Shown here piece by piece: positions 36,849 through 50,894 of a stretch of DNA of 64,000 nt. Location of the stretch: contig CAXHJY010000894.1 of the NCBI GenBank assembly GCA_964016885.1, positions 21,102 through 85,101 of the forward strand, in the 5' to 3' direction. Made by a program: the position numbers and the translations under genes. The DNA comes from Eledone cirrhosa. Its lineage: Eukaryota. How positions within the stretch are numbered: position 1 is the stretch's first letter; each line of letters starts with the position of its first letter. The notes beneath the pieces are model-generated. The model made no database searches and was not told where the DNA came from. It worked only from the letters and a program-made list of their open reading frames with translations.

Positions 36849-37069
36849 GGAAGACGATCGACTTTCGTCAAATCGGACCGAGGGAACACTGTTTCCGTTG
36901 GTCTTTCCAATTGCTAATACTATCTATCGGTCGCAACTCCAGGTAGAAGGAGCAACGTGAAATAAAGTGTCTTGCTCAAGGACATAACGCATGGCCTGGT
37001 CCAGGAATCGAACTCACAACCTTACGATTGCGAATCCAATTCTCTAACCACTGAGCCACACGCCTTCAC
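36849..37069 (-). mobile_element. tRNA-derived SINE family C (CORE-like centre, non-RTE structured tail)
   Basis: A box TGGCTCAGTGG, B box GTTCGATTCC, CCTTGAGCAAGACACTT; second copy at 50005-50223. Confidence 0.88.
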
Positions 37070-37071
37070 TT

Positions 37072-37087
37072 CATATATATATATATT

Positions 37088-37118
<31 letters not shown>

Positions 37119-38391
37119 TATATTTATATATTTATATATATATTTATATATATATTATTTAGTTTAGCGAGGTTTTTATTAATTCTGGCAATATTACGCA
37201 AATATGACCCTCCCCAATATATATATATTTATATATATATATATTATATATATATTTATTTATATATATATATATTATATATATATTTATTTATATATAT
37301 ATATATTATATATATATTTATATATATATATTATATATATATTATATATATATTTATATATATATATTATATATATATATATATTATATATATATATATT
37401 ATTTATATATATATATTATTTATATATATATTATATATATATATATTATTTATATATATATTATATATATATATATATTATTTATATATATATATATTAT
37501 TTATATATATATATATTATTTATATATATATATTATATGTATATATTATATTATATATTATATGTATATATTATATATTATATATTATATGTATATATTA
37601 TATATATATATTATATGTATATATTATATATATATATTATATATTATATGTATATATTATATATATATATTATATATTATATGTATATATTATATATATA
37701 TATTATATATTATATGTATATATTATATGTATATATTATATGTATATATTATATGTATATATTATATGTATATATTATATGTATATATTATATGTATATA
37801 TTATATATATGTATTATATGTATATATATATATTATATATTATATTATATTATATATTATATGTATATATTATATTATATTATATGTATATATTATATTA
37901 TATTATATTATATGTATATATTATATTATATTATATGTATATATTATATTATATTATATGTATATATTATATTATATATTATATGTATATATTATATTAT
38001 ATGTATATATTATATTATATTATATTATATGTATATATTATATTATATTATATGTATATATTATATTATATTATATTATATGTATATATTATATTATATT
38101 ATATATTATATGTATATATTATATTATATTATATATTATATGTATATATTATATTATATTATATTTTATTATATATTATATGTATATATTATATTATATT
38201 ATATGTATATATTATATTATATTATATTATATGTATATATTATATTATATATTATATTATATGTATATATTATATTATATATTATATGTATATATTATAT
38301 TATATTATATTATATATTATATGTATATATTATATTATATTATATGTATATATTATATTATATTATATGTATATATTATATTATATTATAT

Positions 38392-38432
<41 letters not shown>
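37072..38432. repeat. Long compound (TA)n/TATTA/TATGTA low-complexity tract
   Basis: Visible directly; source of spurious ORFs 36972..38522, 37204..38436 and 37562..38443. Confidence 0.95.
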
Positions 38433-38558
38433 GTAGGAGGTGATTTTTATTGTAGTACAATAAAGCAATGCAGATATTGGATAAGTAGCACTCTACAGTT
38501 TGTAGGACTGGAGTATAAATAATATATAAGATCAAAAGATGGCTAAAAGAGTTCCATG

Positions 38559-38626
38559 TATTTTATTATGCGCATTTCAAAAACAAATATCATGCGATAA
38601 CATTTGCGTTTTCGTCAGATAAAATA
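38559..38626 (-). ncRNA. Type-I hammerhead ribozyme in the inverted 5' arm
   Basis: Minus strand: tattttat-CTGACGA-aaacgcaaat...atttgttttt-GAAA-t-gcgc-a-TA-ataaaata. Confidence 0.8.
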
Positions 38627-38757
38627 GGGAGACATGATATGATATTAGAACTCCGAGGATAAATCTCAAGGATCACAAAAACAAATTTCGTACTGAACTA
38701 CCTGTTAGACTAATCGCCCTCTCTAAATCAGATCTGGGGGTTGTTAGCAAAGCCGTC

Positions 38758-40488
38758 TTGGATAGAATTATCCGACAGGTTCGTTCTAATTGCTCTTCTT
38801 TGAACTTAAATTTATGGTTTGGTACTTCTGAAGTGATTGGCTGGTTCAACAAATTGAATAAGAAAAACAAACAAAAATTTATTCAATTTGATAATGCCAG
38901 CTACTATTCTTCTATTTCGCCCTTACTTCTCAACAATGCTCTATCTTTTGCTTACAAATATTCAGACATCACCACAGATAAACTTCACATCATTCTCACT
39001 GCACGTAAAACCATCCTAGAGTTCAACAATGAATATTGGACCAGAGCTGATACCTCTAACAACTTTGACATCACAATGGGAGCATCCGATTCATCCCAAT
39101 TGACAGATTTAATTGGTATCTTTATTTTGAACTCTTTGAATCTGAAAATTCCTCAACTTCGCGGTGGAATTTATCGTGACGATGGACTCTTTACTATCTT
39201 AAATTGCAACATAGTTAACCTTAATATTATTAAGAACAATATACGTAATCTCTTTAACCGACATAACTTAAAAATTGAATTTGATAACAGCATCAAACTA
39301 GCTAATTTCTTGGATGTATCTCTTAATCTTGACACTGGCCTATATTACCCTTACCATAAAAACAATGAGAACCTAAATTATGTTAATTTTAAATCTAACC
39401 ACCCCACTAATATTAAGAATGCTATAGTTAGTAATATTGGAAAAAGAATATCCAACCTATCTTCTAATAAAAACATCTTTGATGCTAATGCCAATTACTA
39501 TAATAACGCGCTTTCTAAAGCCGGTTATCCTGATAAAATCAAATATAGTAAAGAAACAAATTCTAGATCTTACAGTAGAATAATTAATCATGATCATTCC
39601 AATAACTTTAATAAAAGACCTAGATACAAAAACATAATCTTTCTCCATCTCTATTAATAATATTATTCCTAAATTATTCTTTAGTGCCTTAAATAAATGC
39701 TTCCCTCCCTCACATATCTATAGTAAAATATTTAACAAACACACTATAAAATTTTCCTATTCGACCTCCTCCAACATCTCCAACATTATCTCTAAACACA
39801 ACAATAAAATACTAAATCTCTTCCTTCCAACACTGAATATCATAATAATAGTAATAGTACTCCCGACGTCATTGTTAACTCTAGGTTAATTTCTGCAAAC
39901 CCAAATACAACGTCAAACGCAACTTTGTTAAATGTTCTTAATCCCATTCTAAATCAAGAAACTATTATTCCTATCGTAAATAACTTCTCCAATCCAATTC
40001 ATTCTATAGATAACACTAGGTCACTTGTTAATAACTCTGTTAATTTCTCTAATCGCAATTGTAATTGCCCTGTTAAAAATAAATGTCCTCTCAACAACCA
40101 TTGTCTTGAAAAAAACTTAATCTACGAATGTAAAGTTATAACTGACACCAATTCCTTTACCTATTTTGGCTCCACTTCCACCTCCTTTAAAGCTCGTCTT
40201 TATAATCATCATTCGTCTTTTAAATACCAACTTAAAAGAACCAACACGGCACTCTCAGAACTCATATGGTCCTTGAAACACAAAAATATTAACTATAACA
40301 TCTCTTGGAAGAAGGTTTGTTCTGCTTCTCCATACTTGAATGGTTCTCTATCCAAGACATGCAATCTCTGTTTATGTGAAAAATTTACCATTATATCTAA
40401 TTTAGATTCTATAATAAATAGATGCACTGACTTGTTTTCTCTCTGCTTGCATAAATTCCACAGAACATTCCATAAAGTATACAGCTAA
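38758..40488 (+). pseudogene. PLE RT-endonuclease ORF, frameshifted (pieces 38758..39657 and 39925..40488)
   Basis: FIQFD..YYSSI, FDITMGASD, IYRDDG, NFLDVSLNL, SNHP; CNC..CPL..C, LIY..YFGST, CNLCLCEK, CLHK. Confidence 0.88.
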
Positions 40489-41446
40489 TATCTAATACTT
40501 TACCAATTTAAAATCCTTTTCTCAAAGGCACACATATATATATATACATATATATTTCTTTAAAAATATACCCATCTTTCTACCTTATTTCAATGTTATT
40601 TATTATACATTATATAATACTAGTTACTCATTCTATATCACTCCTATTTATCACTTCCCTTTCTTTCTTTTTTCCTTTTCTTTTTTTCTTTTTCTTTTAA
40701 TTTCTAACCTCTAATCTGTACCTTTTCTTCCTAGATACTTCTCAATTCTCATTATTACTCAGCACAATATATCCTTACTTTATGATATCACCTTGAAAAA
40801 TCCTTCGTAAACATAAACATTTTTTTGACGTTAGATTATTCATCCTCAATTCATTATTTTTCTCTCCCTTTCATGCTCATCTAACTTATACATAATACAC
40901 TTATTCATCCACTCTTCTACTTCTTTTCACAATATTACATTACTATTGTTATATTTTTATATTTTTTTAATAATACATATCAACAATTTCTTTCCATCGC
41001 ACATATTATTAAACCCTTAAATATTATTCTTAATACATATTAACAATTTCTTTTCATCGCACATATTATTATACCCTTCAATATACAAATCTTAATTTAA
41101 CATTATTCTAAATTTTTCTCTTCGTTAATTTTCAAATTCTTTAATTTATATATTATCTTCCAACGGTTTTTTAACCTCTCTATGTAAAACAATATATTTT
41201 TCTCAGTTGTAAAAGCTATCTCTCTCTCTCTATCACCCATCTCTCCTCGAATCTCATCCTTCCTCATTATACTCCTCCCCCTCCACTTTTTACTCATCTC
41301 CCTCTTTTTCATCCTTTCCACCCCCTCAATTTTTATTTTTTTAATTTTTTCCCAATATCACACATTAATCTAAAACTACTTTTCATATGTTGATTTAAAA
41401 CTGCACTATTCACAAGTGGTTTTTAACCTTCATATCATGTCTCCCG

Positions 41447-41515
41447 ATTTTATCTGACGAAAACGCAAATGTTATCGCATGATGATATTTGTTTTTGAAA
41501 TGCGCATAATAAAAT
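41447..41515 (+). ncRNA. Type-I hammerhead ribozyme at the PLE 3' end
   Basis: attttat-CTGACGA-stem II-GAAA-t-gcgc-a-TA-ataaaat; 7-bp stem I, palindromic ATGCGCAT, predicted cut after 41508. Confidence 0.82.
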
Positions 41516-41552
41516 ACATGGAACTCTTTTAACCATCTTTTGATCTTATATA

Positions 41553-41940
41553 TTATATATATATTATATATATATATTATATATTATATATATATATTAT
41601 ATATATATTATATATATATATTATATATATATAATATATATATATATTATATATATATATATATTATAATATATATAGATATATATATATTATATATATT
41701 ATATATTATATATATATATTATATATATATATATATTATATATATATATATATATTATATATATATATTATATATATATATTATATATATACATATATAT
41801 ATATTATATATATATATTATATTTATATATTATATTTATATATATATATTATATATATATATTATATATATATATATATATTATATATATATATTATATA
41901 TATATATTATATATATATATTATATTTATATATACATATA
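41553..41940. repeat. (TA)n-rich tract
   Basis: Visible directly. Confidence 0.95.
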
Positions 41941-42154
41941 GGGAGCAGCAGCTGTTAGGGCAAGACGTGTTTTCTTGGGCTCTGCTAGAGTCAGCAGCAA
42001 CACACAACCACGTGTTGCTACACACACACAAGAGGAAAGAGAAAATTTAAAATTTATGAGACCAATAGAGATATGTATATTTATATCTAGATATTGCTAT
42101 CATCATTTACAGTCCCTCTGTGTTTAATGTATGTTCATTAGTATATGTGTTGTT

Positions 42155-42456
42155 ATTTCTGCTTGCATTTTGCATATATACATATATATATCTATATATA
42201 TGCTTGCGTGGACCCCTCTCAAAATTCGTTGGATTTTCTAATTGGATACCCCAACACTGGATACCAACACTGAATACACCTGAACTTCTACCAGGAAATC
42301 TTTCGTTGTCATTTCTGCTTGCATTTTACATATATAGATATATATATCAATGGTTGCGTGGACCCCTCTTAAAGATTCGTTGGATTTTCTAATTGGATAC
42401 CCCGAAACTGGATACCAATCACTGAATACACCTGAACTTCTACCAGGAAATCTTTC
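42155..42456. repeat. Local tandem duplication (~155 bp x 2)
   Basis: ATTTCTGCTTGCATTTT...TTGCGTGGACCCCTCT...CTACCAGGAAATCTTTC occurs twice. Confidence 0.85.
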
Positions 42457-43140
42457 ATATCAGTGAAAATTTTCTTTTCTTTGCTTCATATATATTATAT
42501 ATACTTGGCCGCCATTGCAAAAGGCCATAAATTCAAAATTTTGAAGAGAGAGGAAAAGAGAGAAGTGATCTATGAACTTGTAACATCTCACTGACCCCCC
42601 CGTCACCACAATAACAATAACGCCTACACTCGCTCCCCACCATCACCACATTACTCTAAGGTCGCTGTCCTGTCCCCTGTTGACATACTGCTGACTATCT
42701 TTTGATGTATGTATGTGTATATACATATGTGTATGTGTGTGTATATGTGTATATCTCTGTGGATGCGACCAGATTTCAACACAGCAACAACTACAACAAC
42801 AACAGCAGCAACACCAACAACAACAACAACAGCAACAACACCATCGTCTGTGTTGAATGTGTGTGTATGTATTTGTATATATGCGACAGCAATAACAGCA
42901 TCAACACCATTGTCTGCAGCAACAGCAGCAGTGAAATGAAGGACAACAACAACAGTAACAACTACAGCACCAACAACTGTCACCACCATCACTGACCATC
43001 CACCACCACCACGCTGATACCATCCACCACCACCACACTGACACCATCCACCACTGCCATTACCAGCGTAAACAAACAATTATTATTGTTATTGTTATTA
43101 TATACAAGCCGAACTGGACTGGGAAAGGTCAACAGTTGAC

Positions 43141-43196
43141 ATGATAGTGATTTTGACGATTTTGACTTTGATTTTGATTTTGTATCAGAACTGTCG
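43141..43196 (+). CDS. Possible alternative first coding exon, hydrophobic N-terminus MIVILTILTLILILYQNC-R
   Basis: ATG at 43141 and CG|GTAATA donor-like site in phase 2, the same phase and split Arg codon as exon 3604-3821; preceded by UTR-like CAA/CAC-rich sequence. Short and partly repetitive. Confidence 0.3.
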
Positions 43197-43319
43197 GTAA
43201 TATATGTATATATATATATGTGTTTGTGAGTTGTGTGTGTGATTGTATGCATGAATGAGTGTTGGTATGTGTGGTTGTGGTTTGTATGCATGAGTATTAG
43301 TGTGTGAGTCGTGTCAATA

Positions 43320-43356
<37 letters not shown>

Positions 43357-43498
43357 ACCATGCTGTAAAATGGAGGGGTAGAGAGGGCCCTTGAGTCTAG
43401 TAAGACATCCTCTCTAGTGCTGGTGGCACAAATAAAAGCACCCAGTCCATGCTGTAAAGTGGCGCTGGTGTTAGGAAGGGCATCCAACCAGTGTATCA

Positions 43499-46400
43499 AT
43501 GCCAAAAAGCTTATCAGCACAGCAACAAAACAGCATAGAAAAAAATATGAAGACGTCGCATCTCAGAGTTGCAACACTTAATGTTGGCACTCTCAGAGGT
43601 AGATCTGCTGAAATAGCGGAGATGCTGGAGAGAAGGCAGGTGGATGTGTGCTGCGTGCAAGAGGTGAGATGGAGAGGTGCCTCTGCGAGACTAGTCGCAG
43701 GCAAGCGTCTTAGCTATAAGCTATTCTGGGTAGGTAAGGATGATGGGTTAGGGGGAGTAGGCATTTTCCTGGCTGAGAAATGGATCAATAAGACAATAGA
43801 GGTAGTTCGAGTTAGTAATCGAATAATTAAGCTTAGATTAGTTGTAGGTAGGAGACTACTGACAATCATCTCGGTCTATGCTCCCCAAGCAGGCCTAGGC
43901 AAAGATGAAAAAGACTGCTTTTATGAGCAACTTTTGCAAACAACCACAATGACAGAGGACGGAGACATCGTTATGCTAGCAGGAGACTTCAATGGTCATG
44001 TTGGACAGCTCCAGGATGGTTACACTGGGGTACATGGTGGGCATGGTTACGGTTCAAGAAATGAAGAAGGAGTGAGACTTCTTGAATTTTGTGATGCAAG
44101 TACATTGACTATTTGCAACACAAACTTCCAGAAACCTGCCAATCACCTAATAACCTACAAATCTGGTGAGCACATAAGCCAGATTGACTTCCTGCTAGTT
44201 AGGCAGCGGGACAGGCAGATAGTGTCTAATACCAAGGCATACCCTGGGGAAGAATGTACCCCACAGCATAGGTTAGTTGTTAGTGATATCTCAGTAAGCA
44301 AGAGATGGAATGAGCCATATAGGAAGGTGTGGAGAAGAAAGGTCTGGAAGCTAAAAGACCTTTCACTAAAATTCAAATTTAGGAAAGCCCTTCAAGATGT
44401 ATATGACGAAAAAGAAGACGATTTAGAGACGTATGACATAGATAATAACTGGAAGTTCTTACGTGACAACTTGCTGAAGGCTACTGATGAAACTTGTGGC
44501 TGGAGCAGAGCCCCAACCAGACAGAGAGTGACCTGGTGGTGGAACAGCAGTGTAGATAAGGCTATTAGAGACAAAAGACTAGCATGGAAGGCTTGGAATA
44601 AGGGTGGGAGTAGGGAAGAATATACAGCCACTAAGAGAGAAGCTAGACGTCAGGTGTACTTAGCACGCAGGGAGGCAGAGAGTAGGAGGTTTGCCAATGT
44701 GGTTTGCCAATGTTCTGCGACGGGAAGATCAGAGGCGTGCGGTGTTCCACATTGCAAGGCAGTGTGTCAATGCAAATCAGGATGTTGTTGGTGATAAATG
44801 TGTCCGGGATGATGCCGGTGTACTTAGTGTCACGAATGACCAGAAAAAGGAGGCCTAGAAATGCCATTATGAGAGACTGATGAATGTGGAGAACGAATGG
44901 GAGAGAGAGAAATTACCCTTGGTAGATCCGACAGAGGGACCAGCTATTGAGATTGACGAATATAGGGTCCAAGAGGCGATTAGGGAAATGAAAAATGGTA
45001 AGGCGGCCGGACCATCGGGAATAGTTGCTGAGATGCTGAAGGCATCAGGGGACGTAGGCACTAAACTGGTTGCACGCATAATCAATCAGGCTATATATGG
45101 TGGTGTCATACCCAAAAACTGGTGCAGCAGTATTCTCATAAATTGCTACAAAGGTAAAGGGGATGCTTTGGAGAGGAGCAATTATAGGGGTATAAAACTG
45201 ATAGATCAGGTTATGAAAGTGGCAGAAAGGATTTTAGCACAACTAATTAGAGAAAGGGTCAAACTAGATGAGATGCAGTTTGGTTTTGTGCCTGGGAAGA
45301 GTACAACAGATGCCCTCTTCTTGGTGAGACAAATGCAAGAGAGGTTCTTAGAGAAGAATAAGCCACTATACTTGGCCTTTGTTGACCTAGAGAAGGCCTT
45401 TGATAGGGTACCCCGATCTGTCATCTGGTGGTCCCTAAGGAAGCTGGGTGTTGAGGAATGGCTTGTAAGGACAGTGCAAACTTTGTACAGAGGTACACTC
45501 AGTAAAGTCAGGGTAGGAATGGAGTTTAGTGAGGAATTCCAGATACAAGTAGGAGTACATCAGGGTTCGGTCCTCAGCCCGCTCTTGTTCATTATAGTCC
45601 TCCAAGCCATAACAGAGGAGTTTAAGACTGGCTGTCCATGGGAACTTCTCTATGCTGACGATCTGGCTCTTATGGCAGAATCAGTAGAGGAGCTAGAGAA
45701 TAAATTCCGGCTATGGAAACAGCAGTTGGAAGCAAGAGGACTGAGAGTAAATCTAGCTAAGACAAAAGTGTTGATGAGTAGAAAAGAGGACAAAACCCTG
45801 ATTCCGTCAGGGAAATGGCCATGTTCGATATGCAGAAAAGGAACTGGCATAAATTCTATAAAATGCACACAATGTAGGTCCTGGGTACACAAGAGATGTA
45901 GCGGGATAGCAGGCAAACTAACAGGTAGGGAGAAATATGTATGCAGTAGATGTACAGGGAAATTAGACAGTAGAAGTCGCACCGATAGACACATTTTTCA
46001 AATGCGAGAGGGCGCTATAGAAGTGGTGGATAGCTTCCGGTACCTAGGAGATCAGATTAGCATGGGAGGAGGGTGTTCCGAGGCCATAGTATCTAGAATA
46101 AGGACGGGTTGGAAGAAGTTTAGGGAGCTGCTTCCTCTGTTGACGAAGAAGGGTTTCTCCCTGCGTACGAAAGGCCGGTTGTATGATGCCTGTGTGAGGG
46201 GCGCGATGCTGCATGGTAGTGAGACATGGGCAGCTACCGCAGAAGATATGCGACGGCTGGAGAGAAATGAGGCAAGCATGCTCCGTTGGATGTGCAGTGT
46301 AAATGTGCGTGAACGACCCAGCATAAATGTGTTGAGAGAGAAACTGTGTCTGAGAGGGATAGAATGTAGTGTACGGGAGAGGAGACTGAGGTGGTATGGA

Positions 46401-46636
46401 CATGTGATGCGCATGGAGGATGACCGATGGGTGAAGAAGTGCCAGGAAATGCCAGTTGAAGGAAGACGTAGTAGAGGTAGACCACGAAAAACATGGGCGG
46501 AGGTGGTGAGAACAGACCTCAGATCATTGAAGCTCACGGTGGAGATGACGAGGGACCGTGATGAGTGGAGAGATGCTGTGCTGAATAAGACCCGTCCCAC
46601 CCTTGCAAGCAGGGAAAAGCGGACGTAAAATGATGA
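43499..46636 (+). mobile_element. RTE-clade LINE, family 2, near full length; ORF broken by a 13-bp duplication (44688-44713) and a TAG at 44856
   Basis: RVATLNVGTL, VQEVRW, GDFNGHVG, FVDLEKAFD, LYADD, PHD-type CSIC..CTQCRSWVHKRC..CSRC; ends GGAAAAGCGGACGTAAAATGATGA. Confidence 0.95.
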
Positions 46637-46817
46637 TATTATATTTATATATATATATTATATATATATATTATATATATATATTATATATATATATTAT
46701 ATATATATATTATATATATATATTATATATATATATTATATATATATATTATATATATATATTATATATATATATTATATATATTATATATATATATTAT
46801 ATATATATTATATATAT

Positions 46818-46851
<34 letters not shown>

Positions 46852-46864
46852 ATATTATATATAT

Positions 46865-46896
<32 letters not shown>

Positions 46897-47057
46897 ATTA
46901 TATATATATATTATATATATATTATATATATATATATTATATATATATTATATATATATTATATATATATATATTATATATATATTATATTATATATATA
47001 TTATATATATATATATTATATATATATATATTATATATATTATATATATAATATATA

Positions 47058-47108
<51 letters not shown>

Positions 47109-47280
47109 ATATTATATATATATATATTATATATATATATTATATATATATATATTATATATATATATATTATATATATATATTATATATATATTATATA
47201 TTATATATATAATATATATATATATAATATATATATAATATATATATAATATATATATATATAATATATATATAATATAA
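46637..47280. repeat. (TA)n-rich tract
   Basis: Visible directly. Confidence 0.95.
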
Positions 47281-47315
47281 TGACTTTATTCTTTTAAAAA
47301 TATTTCTGTTGCATC

Positions 47316-48046
47316 TTAACCTTTTTGTTGCTCTATTTCTAATAAAACACACAATGTTTGTGTTTCAATTAATTTTGAAAATTATCAAAGCCAAAGTCAC
47401 TATCTTCAATTCAGTATTTGTGCCAACCTTTATCTATGGTCATGAATCTTGGGTAATGATTGAAAGAATACAATCGTAATATCAGTGGCCGAAATGGAGT
47501 TCTTTCAAAGAGTCTTTGGAGTAATGTTACTTGTTAGAGTACATAGCTCAGAGATCAGAGAGTCGCTCTAAGTAGAGCCACTACTTCTCTGATTTGAGAA
47601 ATCACAGCTCCGATACTATGGGTATGTGGTTAGAATGTCTCAGGACTGAATCGCTGGATAGATTTTGCGGGCAAAACCAACTGGCAGAAGACCCAGGGGT
47701 AGATCCCGAACAAGATAGTCGGATAACATCCATGAGTTTGGCTGGTCTCGCTTCGGGATCTAGCCAGATCAGTTGGAGACTGTTGCTTCTGACAGGACCC
47801 ACTGGAAGGAGTGTTTGCGGACTCTGCTCTTATGACCCTCTCAGGAACAAGTGGGCAAAGAAGATCAAATATTTGGAAGAATTTAATAATATAACTAAGT
47901 TTTTCGTTAGTAAGCTGATATTTAGCAAAAATTTCTTAAATAAAATTGTGATGAAATGTTTTAATATAACTATAAACATTTTAACATGATTAGTTTTGTA
48001 TCATAAATCCAGGGCAGTTTCAGGTAGTTGGTGTCAAAAGGGTTAA
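47316..48046. mobile_element. piggyBac-like MITE containing a nested RTE (Expander-like) 3' fragment at ~47390-47862
   Basis: TTAACCTTTT...AAAAGGGTTAA ends; the insert encodes PTFIYGHESWVM, LRYYG and RPRGR-like motifs. Confidence 0.6.
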
Positions 48047-48377
48047 AATACAAAAATATTGAACCTTGTTCAGGTATAATTTATTTCATTCTTTTTCCCT
48101 CCTTACACTTTTTCCATTTTTATAAATTTTATATTCCTATGTTTTACACTGATATTGAATGTGTTTACAGATTTAGGATCATCCATAAAATTATTCTGTT
48201 TGTCACAATCCCCATGTTTAACTGTTATGTTTTATATATTTTTATATCAAAATAATAACAAAATATTTTATAAACCATGAACTTTCCACAGATCCTGTTA
48301 TTGTTTTATCATTAAATTTTTACTCAATATGGATAAGAATAGGGTATCTCAGAATAGCATTCTGAATACTAAATACA

Positions 48378-48694
48378 TAATCTTGGGTCATAAATAATAG
48401 GGTTGGAATAAATGGGGCAGGGGTATCGGTAATTTTTCTAGGTTGTCTCCATTGATTTTCTTAAAACAACAGAATTAGTCGTTTAGTTTACATATTGAGA
48501 CCCCAACCCATCCTATTTATTTTATAACGTATGGTATTTCTAGCAATGTACTTGTTTTTAATGTCTGTCACAGGAATGCTACCACGTAAAATAAAATATC
48601 GTTAGCAAAATTTAATTGGAGTGGGGGTGGGGTGGGGTGTGGAAAATATCTGGAAAATTAATGAGCAGGGGAGGTTATTTGAGACCCGAGTGTA
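48378..48694. mobile_element. Possible decayed MITE
   Basis: Imperfect inverted ends TCTTGGGTCATAAATAA and TTATTTGAGACCCGAGTGTA. Confidence 0.3.
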
Positions 48695-48711
48695 CACAGT
48701 AGAGTGTCACA

Positions 48712-48880
48712 GTACAGTGAGTCGAAAAAACTGATTATTAGTAGACAAAAACTCCCTCTAAGGATGTTTAAAATCTAAAATTTAGATTTTAAACATTCTA
48801 GAGGAAGGTTTTCTCTATTGATTGCATGGATAATTTCTGTTAAAGTTTTTTTAAACTTTTTATATATGACTCCATGCCGT
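48712..48880. mobile_element. Possible Tc1-like MITE with an internal palindrome at 48742-48817
   Basis: TACAGTGAGTC start; ATGTTTAAAATCTAAA-A-TTTAGATTTTAAACAT hairpin. Confidence 0.35.
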
Positions 48881-48957
48881 ATGTATACTTTTGTACCTAA
48901 ACCAATTCAGCCATTTAAAAGGTCGAGTTAGTCCATTGTTTTTGGTTACTCAAAATT

Positions 48958-49050
48958 AGAGGTTCTCAAAGTGGGTGCTACTGCCCCCCTGGAGGCATTG
49001 AGATGGTCTTGAGGGGCACTGGGACCAGGGGAGGGGCGTAGAGATGATTA
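48958..49050 (+). mobile_element. hAT-like DNA transposon end fragment
   Basis: AGAGGTTCTCAAAGTGGG...CCCCCTGG resembles CAGTGGTTCTCAA termini. Confidence 0.35.
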
Positions 49051-49164
49051 TAATAGTATATTAAATATCAAATGAGACATATTATATATAAATATAGTAA
49101 AAAGAAAAATATATAATATTTATTTTTACATAGTATATATTATATTATTTATAGATAAATTAAC

Positions 49165-49950
49165 GATGATGCTTGTATATGAACAGCAATGCTACATGGC
49201 AGTGAGACATGGGCATTACATGCAGAGGACCTGCGCAGACTGAAAAGGAACGAAGCATGCATGCTCCGTTGGATGTGTAATAGTAATATACGTGAACGGC
49301 AAAGCATAAATGAACTAAGTGAGAAATTAGGAATAAGAGGGATCAGATGCTGTTTACTTGAGAGAAGACTACGTTGGTATGGCCACGTGATGCGCATGAA
49401 AGACGACAGCTGTATAAAAAAGTGCAAGGCGATCAAAATTGATGGTAGTTATGGAGTAGGAAGACCCAGAAAAACCTGATAAATTCCGACCTTACACACT
49501 TGCACCCCTCTAAGACAATGTCACTGGACCGAGATCTTTGGTGCTATGCAGTAATACAGAAGACCCGCCTTGCCTATGTACAAAGCGAAACCTACAGTCA
49601 GTAGGCACCTCTTAACCAAATATACACCCCTATCCTCCCACTCCCACCAAAACCACCCTCTCTCTATAAAGTTGGTACCACAACATCCAGTCCAAATAAA
49701 TGAGATCGAGATCGTGTAGGTGTCTCGAGAAAAAATACACAGTCCACGCTGTAATGTGGCCGTGTAGGTAACACGGTAAAAAGTTCCCAGTTCCACACTG
49801 TAAATGTGGTTGGTGTTAGGAAGGGCATCCAGCCGTAGAAAACCTGCCAGATAGTCCTATATGAGCGAGACACGGTCACCTGACCAACCTTGCCTCAAAT
49901 GGGACAACTCCCGTCTAACTCATGCTAGCGTGGAAAATGGACGTTAAACA
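49165..49950 (+). pseudogene. RTE family 1-like 3' fragment with 3' UTR
   Basis: MLHGSETWAL..RLRWYGHVMRM..GRPRKT; UTR ends GCTAGCGTGGAAAATGGACGTTAAAC. Confidence 0.88.
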
Positions 49951-50004
49951 AAGATATATATTATATATATATATTATATATATATATATTATATATATAT
50001 ATAT

Positions 50005-50223
50005 GTGAAGGCGTGTGGCTGAGTGGTTAGAGAATTGGATTCACAATCTTGAGATCGTGAGTTCGATTCCTGGACCGGGCGATGCGTTATGTCCTTGAGC
50101 AAGACACTTTATTTCACGTTGCTCCTTCTACCTGGAGTTGCGACCGATAGATAGTATTAGCAACTGGAAAGACCGACGAAAACATTGTTTCCTCGGTCCG
50201 ATTTGACGAAAGTCGATCGATCC
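50005..50223 (+). mobile_element. SINE family C
   Basis: Close match to the reverse complement of 36849-37069. Confidence 0.88.
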
Positions 50224-50229
50224 GAAAAA

Positions 50230-50364
50230 ATATTATATATATATTATATATTATATATATATTATATATTATATATAATATATATATATTATATATAATA
50301 TATATATATATTATATATATATTATATATTATATATAATATATATTATATATATATTATATATA

Positions 50365-50415
<51 letters not shown>

Positions 50416-50472
50416 ATATATTATATATATATATATAATATATATATATATTATATACTTATATATATATAT

Positions 50473-50503
<31 letters not shown>

Positions 50504-50862
50504 ATATATATTATATATATATTATATATATATAATATATATATATATTATATACATATATATTATATATATATATATATTATATATATATATATATTTA
50601 TATATATATTATATATTATATATATATATATTATATACATATATATATATATATATTATATATATATTATATATATATTATATATATATATTATATATAT
50701 ATATATATTATATATATATTATATATATATATTATATATATATTATATATATATATATTATATATATATATATATTATATATATATTATATTATATATAT
50801 ATTATATATATATATGTATTATATATATATATATTATATATATATATATTATATATATATAT

Positions 50863-50894
<32 letters not shown>

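Larger units (their letters stand above)
38523..41552 (+). mobile_element. 5'-truncated PLE (YRDD-type RT, Cys-rich linker, GIY-YIG; Naiad-like, tentative) with an inverted copy of its 3' end at the 5' junction
   Basis: 38523-38642 is the reverse complement of 41430-41552; long pyrimidine-rich 3' UTR. Confidence 0.9.
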
